Part shown: positions 1 to 8,737 of the stretch, one piece after another
Numbering within the stretch: the stretch's first letter is position 1
Layout: every line of letters starts with the position of its first letter
DNA from: Bdellovibrionales bacterium
GTDB lineage: Bacteria; Bdellovibrionota; Bdellovibrionia; Bdellovibrionales; UBA1609
DNA length: 64,000 nt
Reading direction: 5' to 3'
Assembly (NCBI GenBank): GCA_965261545.1
Contig: CBDHDF010000010.1
Span: 896,001 to 960,000, forward strand
The notes under the pieces: generated by a model
What the model was told of the DNA's origin: nothing
Seen by the model: the letters and a program-made list of their open reading frames with translations, nothing else
Databases searched by the model: none
Program-made: the position numbers and the translations under genes

Positions 1-1189
1 CTGAAGCATATCGAGCCGCTTTGAGATAATGGGCACTGGAAGCATGGGGTCTTATAAGAGGTTTGTACAAATCGTAAATTCCAATGGCAGCACATGCATT
101 AATAAGTGTGTCAATGGTGGACATGAGAGCTGCCATAAGGGCGGCAATAATAAAGCCAAAAACCCAAGGGTTCTGCTGAACAGTGGCCCAACAAACAACA
201 ATAAATGTGTGAAATGTATTTTCAATTTCAATGAAGTTCAATCCCGCTAAGGCTCCCCCTGTTGCGGCTTGCTTTGTGATAATGGCCTTTCCAATCCATC
301 CAACCCCCCCGACGATAATGGCTGAAATGGGAAGGGAAACAAGTACATTAAAAATGGCAGCTTTTCTTCCCTCATTAACACTCTTAATTGTAAGATAACG
401 CATAAGAAAGCCCTGGTTTAAAAAAGCAAAAGCGATACTGCCCGCCACAGCTTCCCCCCAAAACAGGCCCACAGAGTTAAACTTGGGATCTTCATTGAGG
501 TGGACAAAGGGCAGACGGTGGGTGGGTGGGAGCCAACCCCAAAACTCACCCAGGCCACCAAGGGCATAAAGACCTGAGAAAATGGCCAACCCACCAGCGA
601 TATAAAGCAAAAGTCCCTGGAATAAATCTGTAAAGATAACCGCTGTTTGCCCACCAAAAGTGACATAAGTTCCTAGAAAAATGGCAACAGCGGGAATGGA
701 GTAAATTTGTGGCACGCCAAAAATTCCCTCCATGGCGACACCAATGGTGTAAAGGTTGTAACCAATGTAAAAAAACATATAGGCGGCGATGATGATAAGA
801 GCTAAATAACGAGCTGTTTGATTAAATCGCTTTTCAAAATATTCTGGAATGGACTTCACCCTAGAAAAGTAAACAATGGGCAGCCAGCCAAAGATAAAAA
901 ATGGGGCACAAAACCAATCATTGAGATAAGTCATTGTAGAACTCATCCCCGTGTTAAAGCCTTGCTCGGAGTATTTTAAATAGCTGTAAGAGCCAATACC
1001 TGTGGCGATCATGCTGGCCGCAGGAAGCCACCAGGCAAACCTCTGACCACTGTAAAAGAAGTCGTTAATATTTTTATTAAAACGAGCAAAATAGCCACCA
1101 AAGGTTGTGATGACAATAACATAAAAGACACAGACAATGGCAATGGCTGTGATAGAAGATGCACTTAAGTTGATGCCCAGATTTTCCAA
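1..1189 (-). CDS. Sodium:solute symporter (SSS family), runs off the window start
   Basis: Not in the ORF track. Manual translation from TTG at 1189 (GGAG upstream) gives MENLGINLSASSITAIAIVCVFYVIVITTFGGYFARFNKNINDFFYSGQRFAWWLPAASMIATGIGSYSY..., a typical SSS N-terminus. Confidence 0.8.
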   Translation of the reverse strand, partial: MENLGINLSASSITAIAIVCVFYVIVITTFGGYFARFNKNINDFFYSGQRFAWWLPAASMIATGIGSYSYLKYSEQGFNTGMSSTMTYLNDWFCAPFFIFGWLPIVYFSRVKSIPEYFEKRFNQTARYLALIIIAAYMFFYIGYNLYTIGVAMEGIFGVPQIYSIPAVAIFLGTYVTFGGQTAVIFTDLFQGLLLYIAGGLAIFSGLYALGGLGEFWGWLPPTHRLPFVHLNEDPKFNSVGLFWGEAVAGSIAFAFLNQGFLMRYLTIKSVNEGRKAAIFNVLVSLPISAIIVGGVGWIGKAIITKQAATGGALAGLNFIEIENTFHTFIVVCWATVQQNPWVFGFIIAALMAALMSTIDTLINACAAIGIYDLYKPLIRPHASSAHYLKAARYAS

Positions 1190-1210
1190 GCGCAAATCTC
1201 CGTAAAGAAG

Positions 1211-1528
1211 CTAATCTCCATAAAAAGAATAACTAATAGCAAAATGAATCCATGTTCCATGAAATAAAGCTAAAAAAACATAACCACAAATCATAAGTTT
1301 CAACCAAAACTTGTCTCGTCCTCGTCCCCACTGGCAAGCCTTGCTTTTCAAAGCCATATATATGCCAATAGCAAAGAAAATAAAACCAAATCCGTAAAGA
1401 TATAGGTAGCTGGTCCATGGATTTTCTGCCCCCCACTGAGCGACCAAGAAGCGTGGGAAAAAATACATCATTCCAATGATACCAATGATAACAATCAGAG
1501 TGACGCAAACTTTGATAACAGACGACAT
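1211..1528 (-). CDS. Small 3-TM membrane protein upstream of the symporter
   Basis: 105-aa ORF with three hydrophobic segments, co-oriented and about 20 bp from the symporter start. Confidence 0.65.
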   Translation of the reverse strand: MSSVIKVCVTLIVIIGIIGMMYFFPRFLVAQWGAENPWTSYLYLYGFGFIFFAIGIYMALKSKACQWGRGRDKFWLKLMICGYVFLALFHGTWIHFAISYSFYGD

Positions 1529-1876
1529 AATTCACGGCCTTGCTAAGCTATAGTTCACAGCTTTCCAGTTCATAACTTTGCTACGCTAGCTTGAAAGCTT
1601 AATGGGCGCACCATAGCACCATAGGGGGGCGATTTAATTACAACTTTGTATCGTGCCTATACTCCTAATACAATAACGCACAGGGACGAATCTCGGCCGA
1701 GAGCTCCCCCCTCTCCTCTCTTTCAAATCAATTCTGCAAAAAAACTTGAGCAAAAGCTCCCTAAATATGCCTAAATATGATAGATAAACTCCTGTTGTGG
1801 ATCACTGGTGAATGACTTGTGATTTGCGATTGATTCACGATTGTAGATTGTTTGTGGAAATGATTTGTAGAAGTGA

Positions 1877-2246
1877 GCAGATAAACAGATCGTCACAAGG
1901 GGCTTGGCCAGGGGTCAAGTTTTTTGAGGAAAGTCTGGACTCCGTATGGCAACACAAGGGGTAACCCCCCTCCACCGTGAGGTGAGGACCAGTGGAACAG
2001 AGAAAATGTCCAAGGCATTGAGCCGGCAAAGCGGGAACGGGAGCTTGCTGAGGAGCTGTTGGAGTGAAAATAGCTAAACTCTGTGTGGAGCAAGATCAAA
2101 TAGGGAAGCGTTTGAGCGCGGCCAGTGCAAAGCTTCCGGGTAGATTGCTTAAGGGAACTAGCAATAGTTCTCTCAGATGAATGGCGATCCCCTTAAGTCT
2201 CTTCGAGAGGCCTTAAGGGACAGAATCCAGCTTATCGTCTATCTGC
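1877..2246 (+). ncRNA. rnpB: RNase P RNA
   Basis: GAGGAAAGTCTGGACTCC (~1926), AGTGGAACAGA, GTGAAA, AAACTC...GGAGCAAG, AGATGAATG and ACAGAATCCAGCTTA (~2220). The 5' GCAGATAAAC pairs with the 3' GTCTATCTGC (P1). TCTGGA/TCCAG is a compensatory P4 pairing. Confidence 0.93.
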
Positions 2247-2319
2247 GCTATATCTCGATTTATGGGGTGGTCTCTTGGCCACCCCATTCTTTACTTCTTC
2301 TTGGCCTATTTCTTTCTTC

Positions 2320-2392
2320 TCAATCTTTCTTTTTCTTCATCTTTTTCTTCATCTTTTTCTTCTTAATTTTCTTCTTAATTTTCTTTCTTTTT
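2320..2392. repeat. Pyrimidine-rich ~12-bp tandem repeats (TTCTTCATCTTT / TTCTTAATTTTC)
   Basis: Directly visible between rnpB and the LysR promoter. Confidence 0.7.
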
Positions 2393-2410
2393 ATTTGCCT
2401 CACTTATCTA

Positions 2411-2449
2411 TTTACATAGTTTAAACAATAATGTATAAGATTTTTTTAT
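2411..2449 (+). promoter_or_regulatory. Candidate sigma70 promoter overlapped by a LysR-type T-N11-A box
   Basis: TTTACA(2411)-17 nt-TATAAG(2434). ATAA-N7-TTAT dyad at 2435-2449 overlaps the -10, typical of LysR autorepression. Confidence 0.45.
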
Positions 2450-2540
2450 GAACTTATCACCTTCATAGTGGAAGATGCTGTCAGTCTGACAATAAGGACT
2501 AAGCGGGAGCCAAAATGAAAAAAGAAGAGAAGGAGAAAGT

Positions 2541-3449
2541 ATGAACTTACAACAATTGACCACATTCTGCACCGTTCTTAATGAAGGAAGTATGACAGCC
2601 GCTGCGGACAAACTATTTCTCACCCAACCTGCGGTGAGCCAACAAATCCGAGCTTTGGAAGATGAGCTTCAAGTTCCTTTATTAATGCGTGGCGTAAGGC
2701 GCATTAAACCAACCATACAAGGTCAACTTCTTTACGATTATGCAAAAAGAATTCTTCACCTCACACAACAAGCCGAAACAGCTATTCATACAATGTCTCA
2801 AAATATTTCTGGATCTTTAAATGTAGGAACCATCAATTCCATTGGAATGTACCTTATTAGCCCCATTATTGGTTTGTTTCTAAAACACAATTCCAACTTA
2901 AATATCAAGCTCTCCTACAGTTCCTACTCCTCCATCGTTGACAAGATGAAACAGGGTGAATTGGACGTAGCTATTCTCCCAGATACCCAATCTGAATTTG
3001 GCCTTAGCCTTGATGATTTTGAGAGTCAGTTTCTCATGAAAGATGAAATGTGGCTCGTAGGTGCAGGCAAAGACACCTCCATGCCCACCACGACAACTGC
3101 TGTGGACTTTACCTCCAAATCCATTGTGGTTTACTCTGAAATGTACCCCAGCTTTAAGAAGCTCCTAGAATCTGTCATGGTTAAGCATAAAAAAGATTTT
3201 CGTCCTGTTTTTGAAACAGATAATGTAGGGACATTAAAGCGAGTCGTGGAGTCTGGCCTTGGGTGGGGCTTTCTACCATCCCATAGCATTAAAAAGCAGG
3301 TGAGAACACGACGACTCAATCACATTCAATGTGATGAGCTTAAGTTTGCTGTGGATATCAACCTTTACACAAGGCGAGTGGAAAACTGCAAACAGATTTC
3401 CACCGTTTTATTTAGAGCCATTCACCAACAAACCCTCGTCAATACTTAA
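2541..3449 (+). CDS. LysR family transcriptional regulator
   Basis: HTH GSMTAAADKLFLTQPAVSQQIRALE plus substrate-binding domain. AAGGAG RBS. Confidence 0.95.
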   Translation: MNLQQLTTFCTVLNEGSMTAAADKLFLTQPAVSQQIRALEDELQVPLLMRGVRRIKPTIQGQLLYDYAKRILHLTQQAETAIHTMSQNISGSLNVGTINSIGMYLISPIIGLFLKHNSNLNIKLSYSSYSSIVDKMKQGELDVAILPDTQSEFGLSLDDFESQFLMKDEMWLVGAGKDTSMPTTTTAVDFTSKSIVVYSEMYPSFKKLLESVMVKHKKDFRPVFETDNVGTLKRVVESGLGWGFLPSHSIKKQVRTRRLNHIQCDELKFAVDINLYTRRVENCKQISTVLFRAIHQQTLVNT

Positions 3450-3540
3450 AACCGGATGAGGCATATTTAAAACCCTAGGCAATACATTTAGATAAGACCT
3501 AGAATTGACTTTTGAATCCCTTCCGTGTTGTATGTAAATT

Positions 3541-4008
3541 ATGGGTCTAAAGGTACTTTACAAGTCTGGGGCACTGGGCGCCGGTGCTGATATCTGGGTA
3601 TTACCTAGCTTTAGCAAAACCACTTGGGCAAGAAATATTGACTGGTACCTTAATTTTCAACTTTCCAAGGCCCAAATATGTCAACCCAAGCCCATAGATG
3701 CTGAGCTTAAAAACCTCATAAAGGATGGCCCCTTAGAAGATATGCCTTCATGGCCCCCACATCCTTTGGCTCATCCTGAAGCTCCACTCTTGGTGGCAAG
3801 CTCCCAGCTTCTTCCCAACCGTGCCGTCATACAACTTCCCCTTGAAAATGGCAAAAAGTGGACGACAAGAGTCTACAAAATTTGGAAGCAACTAGATAAA
3901 CCCAGCCTTCGATTGTTTCTCCCTCGAACACTGAGTGAGAGGGATTTTGAGTTTTATTGGCCCGAGCCTGTTCAAATTGAAAGCATCGCCGTGGTACCAG
4001 GTATCTAA
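3541..4008 (+). CDS. Hypothetical protein
   Basis: 155-aa ORF abutting the next gene. Confidence 0.7.
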   Translation: MGLKVLYKSGALGAGADIWVLPSFSKTTWARNIDWYLNFQLSKAQICQPKPIDAELKNLIKDGPLEDMPSWPPHPLAHPEAPLLVASSQLLPNRAVIQLPLENGKKWTTRVYKIWKQLDKPSLRLFLPRTLSERDFEFYWPEPVQIESIAVVPGI

Positions 4009-4845
4009 ATGCCTCAAGCGAGGGTTTATCTTATTTCAGATGGAACAGGAGAAACAGCCAGTGTTATGATCCGCGCAGCTTTGGTGCAATACGCCGATAG
4101 AGATATCAACGTCATTCGCCATAATAATGTTCGCACGGAAAAGCAAGTTCTCATTCTTCTCCAACAGGTGGAAGAAGCCAGGGGCTGTATCGTCCACACC
4201 ATTGTGGATGACCAACTACGCTCGCAAATCACAGAACTTGCCATAGCGAGAAATATTCCCAATGTGGATCTTTTGGGTCCTCTACTTGAAGAACTCAACC
4301 AATATCTAGGTGTTTCCTCAAAAAACAACCAAGTGGGCCTGCTCAGGGCCATCAACAAACACTACTTTCAAAGAATTGAAGCCATGGAGTACACAGTCAA
4401 ACACGATGATGGTAAGGCCATAGACAAGCTTTACGAAGCAGATATTATTTTAGTGGGAATCAGCCGCACTAGTAAAACACCCCTCTCTATTTTTCTTAGT
4501 CACAAGGGATGGAAGGTCGCCAATATTCCATTGGTTTTTGAAAATCCTCTTCCTGAACAACTGTTTCAAGTGGATCAAAAAAAAATTGTCGGACTTATTA
4601 TCAATGAAGAAAGTCTTTTTCGCATTCGCCGCCAACGATTGATTAAGTTTCGCCAAGACCCCGGAAGTAAATATGCCAGTCGAGACTACATTGCTCGTGA
4701 GATTGAAAGCGCTAAGTTTTTATTTAAGAAAAATCGAAAGTGGCCCGTCTTTGATGTCACTGACCGAGCCTTAGAAGAAACAGCCAGCGATATCCTACGC
4801 ATTATCACCAAGAGAATGAATATCTCCTACGACCCTTTGTTTTAG
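4009..4845 (+). CDS. ppsR: Pyruvate,water dikinase (PEP synthase) regulatory protein, DUF299 kinase/pyrophosphorylase
   Basis: ISDGTGETA, HDDG, LVGISRTSKTPLS and ANIPL motifs. Confidence 0.92.
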   Translation: MPQARVYLISDGTGETASVMIRAALVQYADRDINVIRHNNVRTEKQVLILLQQVEEARGCIVHTIVDDQLRSQITELAIARNIPNVDLLGPLLEELNQYLGVSSKNNQVGLLRAINKHYFQRIEAMEYTVKHDDGKAIDKLYEADIILVGISRTSKTPLSIFLSHKGWKVANIPLVFENPLPEQLFQVDQKKIVGLIINEESLFRIRRQRLIKFRQDPGSKYASRDYIAREIESAKFLFKKNRKWPVFDVTDRALEETASDILRIITKRMNISYDPLF

Positions 4846-5130
4846 AGTCCATAGGATTAAATTTATTTTTATAAAAAACATAAAAATAAATTATATATCA
4901 AGACTCCCTAGGCACAGGTATGACACGCAGAATTATTACTCCTCACCCTTTTTCTCCTACCATAGAATTTGCTTTAAAATATCGTAAAAAGGGCCTTAGT
5001 TGAGATTTTTGGAGCATCTCTGCCGTGGTCTAAAAGATAAATTGGGGCAAGTTCATATGCTAGTTTATAGCTAGGTCCTGAAATAAACCTAAATCTCCCA
5101 CCCAAGAAATTCTTATGTTAGGATATAAAA

Positions 5131-6102
5131 ATGTCTTCAGAGTTAGAATATAAGAACAAAGACAAAAGAATCCTCATTGTTGATGATGACCCCGAGAGCC
5201 TTAGCCTTATGTATAAGGTTCTTGAATGGGAGGGCTATTCTGCGGATGTCGCCCGATCAGGTCAGTTGGCCCTTGAAAAAATGTGTGTATGGCGTCCTCA
5301 CCTGGTTTTACTGGATATCAATATGCCAAAACTCAATGGCTTGAAGACTCTGAAACACCTAAGAACCAATACTGAACATGTGTCCATTATTTTTGTTTCA
5401 GGGGAATCAGAAACTGAAAATGTAATTTGTGGACTTGATTCTGGAGCTGACGATTATATTTGTAAGCCCTTCAATCCCTCAGAACTTCTTGCAAGAGTGA
5501 GAGTGCAACTGCGAATGAAGGCTCTTTATGATGAGTTACAACAAGCCAATTTTAAATTAAAAGGCTTGGTCGATATGGATGACCTCACGGGCTTATTTAA
5601 TATGCGTTCTCTTTATGAGAAACTCGATGGAGAACTAGAGAGAGTTCATCGTTATGGCTCTTCAGTCAGTGTTTTAATGATGGACTTGGACCACTTTAAG
5701 GGAGTCAACGATAACAATGACCACTTGTTTGGAAGTTATGTTTTAGCCCAAGTGGGAAAAATTCTCCGAGAGAATATGAGGAAGATTGATTTTGCCGCTC
5801 GCTATGGTGGAGACGAATTTTTAGTGGTCATTGCCCAATCAGAGCTTAGGGGAAGCTTATGCTTTGCAGAAAGAATCCGCTCCATTATAGAAAGTACTCT
5901 TTTTGAAAGTGATGGCTATAAAATTAAGCTAACTTCTAGCTTAGGTTTATCTGTTGCCACAGGTAAAAAGAAAAAGTACATCGATGCGAGAACTCTTGTG
6001 AAATATGCAGATAAGGCCCTATACCAGGCAAAACACTCAGGAAGAAATTGTGTCCGATATCATCAATTTGAGGCCGAAAAAACTCGCCAAGGTTTTGCCT
6101 AG
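5131..6102 (+). CDS. Response regulator with GGDEF cyclase domain (Hypr-type signature)
   Basis: REC domain (ILIVDDD...LLDINMP...KPF), DDLTGL, RKID I-site, RYGGDEF, and NDNNDHLFGS. Confidence 0.93.
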   Translation: MSSELEYKNKDKRILIVDDDPESLSLMYKVLEWEGYSADVARSGQLALEKMCVWRPHLVLLDINMPKLNGLKTLKHLRTNTEHVSIIFVSGESETENVICGLDSGADDYICKPFNPSELLARVRVQLRMKALYDELQQANFKLKGLVDMDDLTGLFNMRSLYEKLDGELERVHRYGSSVSVLMMDLDHFKGVNDNNDHLFGSYVLAQVGKILRENMRKIDFAARYGGDEFLVVIAQSELRGSLCFAERIRSIIESTLFESDGYKIKLTSSLGLSVATGKKKKYIDARTLVKYADKALYQAKHSGRNCVRYHQFEAEKTRQGFA

Positions 6103-6109
6103 AAAAACC

Positions 6110-7213
6110 ATGGTGTCGAGAAATTCATTTTTAAATATTTATGATTTGAAATTCTTTCGTGTGGAAACACTGAGCCTAGAAAGCCAGGCTCTCAAAGAAA
6201 ACCCCCTCAAAGACCCTTCACTAAGACATAATCCCATTTTGGTTCCCCAAAAGGGAAAGGGGCCTTGGCCTGTAATCCTTGTTCTTTCAGGCTTTACAGG
6301 CAATGGTCCAAAGTCCTTTGGTATAAAAAGTTTTGAAAACAACTTTCCCCAACAAGTGGACCAATGGTTTCACAAAAACCAAAAAGAGGGGCCTTTGGTG
6401 GTCTTTGTAGACGCCATGACTTTTTGGGGAGGATCGCAATTTATCAACAGTCCTGGAGCCGGCTCATACGAAGATTATATTATGAAAGAACTCATACCCA
6501 CTATTAAAAGAATATACTCCGTGAAGATGGAGCCACAATACTGGTGCGCCATGGGGGGCTCCAGTGGAGGCTATGGCGCTCTTCACTTGGCAAGCCGCTT
6601 TCCCCATCTTTTTGGTTGGGCAGCCGCCCTCGCACCAGATAGTGCTTTTGAATTAAATCTGCTTCCAGAAATTATTTCTTGTTTACCAAGGATTGAAAAA
6701 CTAGGAGGGGCCAAGGGTATTAAGAAAATGTTGACCGAGGGAAATCTACAAAAGCAGCCTGATTTTCATAACATTATGAATGTTATGGGAATGGCCAGTT
6801 GTTATGCTATGTCCGGTGGTCATGCTTTGAGAAGTTATAATTTGGGAAAAGGTCACTCTAGAGATAAAACCTTAGGAGTTTCTAGGCAAGAAGCAGATTT
6901 ATGGGGAATGGATTTTCCCATAGATTCCCACACGGGTGAACTTGTAAAGCCTTTATGGAGAGAGTGGCAAAAGCACGACCCCGTGTTTTTTTTAAAAAAA
7001 CGACGTCAAAAAATAAAAACCCTTTGTGGTGTCCTTTTGGACGTAGGCAGATACGACCAATTTAATTTACAATATGGGGCAAGGCGCATTTATAAAATTT
7101 TTAAAGAAAACAAGGTTTCTGTGAAATACAGTGAATTTGAAGGGAATCACTTTGATATTAGCTCTCGCCGCTTTGTCGTCTGGGAGTGGCTTTCTCAAAA
7201 ATGGTTTGCATAA
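6110..7213 (+). CDS. Alpha/beta hydrolase (putative esterase)
   Basis: GGSSGGYGA nucleophile elbow, D in DVGRYD, H in EGNH. ATG 6110 chosen to avoid overlap with the upstream gene. Confidence 0.8.
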   Translation: MVSRNSFLNIYDLKFFRVETLSLESQALKENPLKDPSLRHNPILVPQKGKGPWPVILVLSGFTGNGPKSFGIKSFENNFPQQVDQWFHKNQKEGPLVVFVDAMTFWGGSQFINSPGAGSYEDYIMKELIPTIKRIYSVKMEPQYWCAMGGSSGGYGALHLASRFPHLFGWAAALAPDSAFELNLLPEIISCLPRIEKLGGAKGIKKMLTEGNLQKQPDFHNIMNVMGMASCYAMSGGHALRSYNLGKGHSRDKTLGVSRQEADLWGMDFPIDSHTGELVKPLWREWQKHDPVFFLKKRRQKIKTLCGVLLDVGRYDQFNLQYGARRIYKIFKENKVSVKYSEFEGNHFDISSRRFVVWEWLSQKWFA

Positions 7214-7268
7214 AGTTTGCATAAATATGGATGACAACAACGAAACACTCTGTTAGAAAACTTACTTA

Positions 7269-7583
7269 ATGGTCCATGGTTCTGATTCCCATAGAGTGGA
7301 TTTTTATCAGTCAGCTGGTGCTGAGCACAAGGCTCGGCAAAAAGCTATAGCGAGACGATGGCGCCAGTCCCCTTGGTGGAAGGAAAAACTGGCCCGTGGA
7401 GTTTGCTACTACTGTGAGGGGCAATTTCCCAAAAGTGAACTGACCATGGATCACAAAATCCCTGTGGCCCGTGGGGGGCGCAGCACTAAGGGGAATCTTG
7501 TTGTGAGTTGTAAAGGCTGTAATACTAAAAAAATGCACCTCACACCCGTAGAAATGATTCTTAATAATCCTAACCCATCTTGA
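7269..7583 (+). CDS. Small HNH endonuclease family protein
   Basis: CYYC...TMDHKIP...GG...NLVVSCKGCN. Confidence 0.88.
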   Translation: MVHGSDSHRVDFYQSAGAEHKARQKAIARRWRQSPWWKEKLARGVCYYCEGQFPKSELTMDHKIPVARGGRSTKGNLVVSCKGCNTKKMHLTPVEMILNNPNPS

Positions 7584-7647
7584 ATTCCATAAATGGTAAC
7601 AACGTCGTCACAGGGGCTTTCTCACTAAGCCATTTCTTTTTTTTTCG

Positions 7648-8301
7648 TTAGGCCATTTCCACAAGCTCCTTCATGGCCTTTCTTATTCCCGCAAAGACTT
7701 CATGGGGTTTGGCCTCACCATACATATAGGCCGGAGTGGTAATGATTTTGTTATCCCGATCGCTGATGTAGTTGTCCACAGAACATTCTTCATGGCGACT
7801 TCCTGTTTTTTCGATCTCTAGTTTTGTTTCTTTGTCATTACCAATCGTAACTATGATATTTTTAGAGTTAAGAACCCTTGCAATAAGTGCGGGAGAGATG
7901 CAAAGAGCCCCAATGGGTTTATCACTTTCTGAAAACTCACAAATGACTCTTTTGACCTCGGGGTGAACGGAGCAATGAGCCCCCCTAAGGGCCCAGTCGC
8001 AGAGGTGCAGGGCGGCTCCATAACCACCTGGAAAGACGATGCCATCAAAGTCACGGGCATTGAGAGAAGATACATCTTGAACATCACCCCTTGCAATTCT
8101 AGCAGACTCAGAAAGAGTATTGCGAGAACCTTCTTGGTCTTCGCCAGAGATATGATCCTTGGCTTGAAACTCAACACGGGGGGCAAAGATTCGGTAGTGA
8201 ACTCCAAACTCAGAAAGACAAATAAGGGTGCTGACGGATTCGGTGATTTCGGCCCCATCCTGGAATCCGCACCCAGATAGAACAACGGCTATTTTTTTCA
8301 T
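7648..8301 (-). CDS. elbB: Glyoxalase ElbB (DJ-1/PfpI superfamily)
   Basis: KKIAVVLSGCGFQDGAEITE, ESARIARG, PGGYGAA, CISP, TTPAYM. Confidence 0.92.
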   Translation of the reverse strand: MKKIAVVLSGCGFQDGAEITESVSTLICLSEFGVHYRIFAPRVEFQAKDHISGEDQEGSRNTLSESARIARGDVQDVSSLNARDFDGIVFPGGYGAALHLCDWALRGAHCSVHPEVKRVICEFSESDKPIGALCISPALIARVLNSKNIIVTIGNDKETKLEIEKTGSRHEECSVDNYISDRDNKIITTPAYMYGEAKPHEVFAGIRKAMKELVEMA

Positions 8302-8737
8302 GGCCTGATTTCCTCCTCTTAGGGTTTCACATGGAAGTTGAGTTCTATTGCCTGCTTATATTGTATTGAAGTTCATAACTGGAATCAATATTGGAATCAA
8401 TACCAACAAGCTGTGACACAGGGGCACAGGCAAGCGACAAAGCGGGGGTGTAAGCATAACAACAAGCGCGACAGGTCATAACTCAATGCTTCAATTTGAA
8501 GAAGACTTTATAGAGTTTTATAGTGTTTGTTGTTTGCCCTTTGGTTTTTCTTTGCTAGTATTTCTTGAGTGTCCGTTGTTCTTTCTTACAGCTTGGGGGG
8601 GCCTAAAAACTGAATCTGAAAGGAGCCAAATTGAATTCCTATTGGTTTTGTTCAATGGAACCAATAGGGCTTAACGATATAAACAATAAAACAAAGAATA
8701 TATAAGTTTAAGTCAAAAAAGATCGGGGAGGGTCATA

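Noticed and set aside
1835..2419. ORFs 1835-2029, 1893-2099 and 2177-2419
   Set aside because: They overlap rnpB or the pyrimidine repeat tract and are spurious.
7269..7583. HNH as a homing or mobile endonuclease
   Set aside because: Small stand-alone HNH with no intron, IR or phage context.
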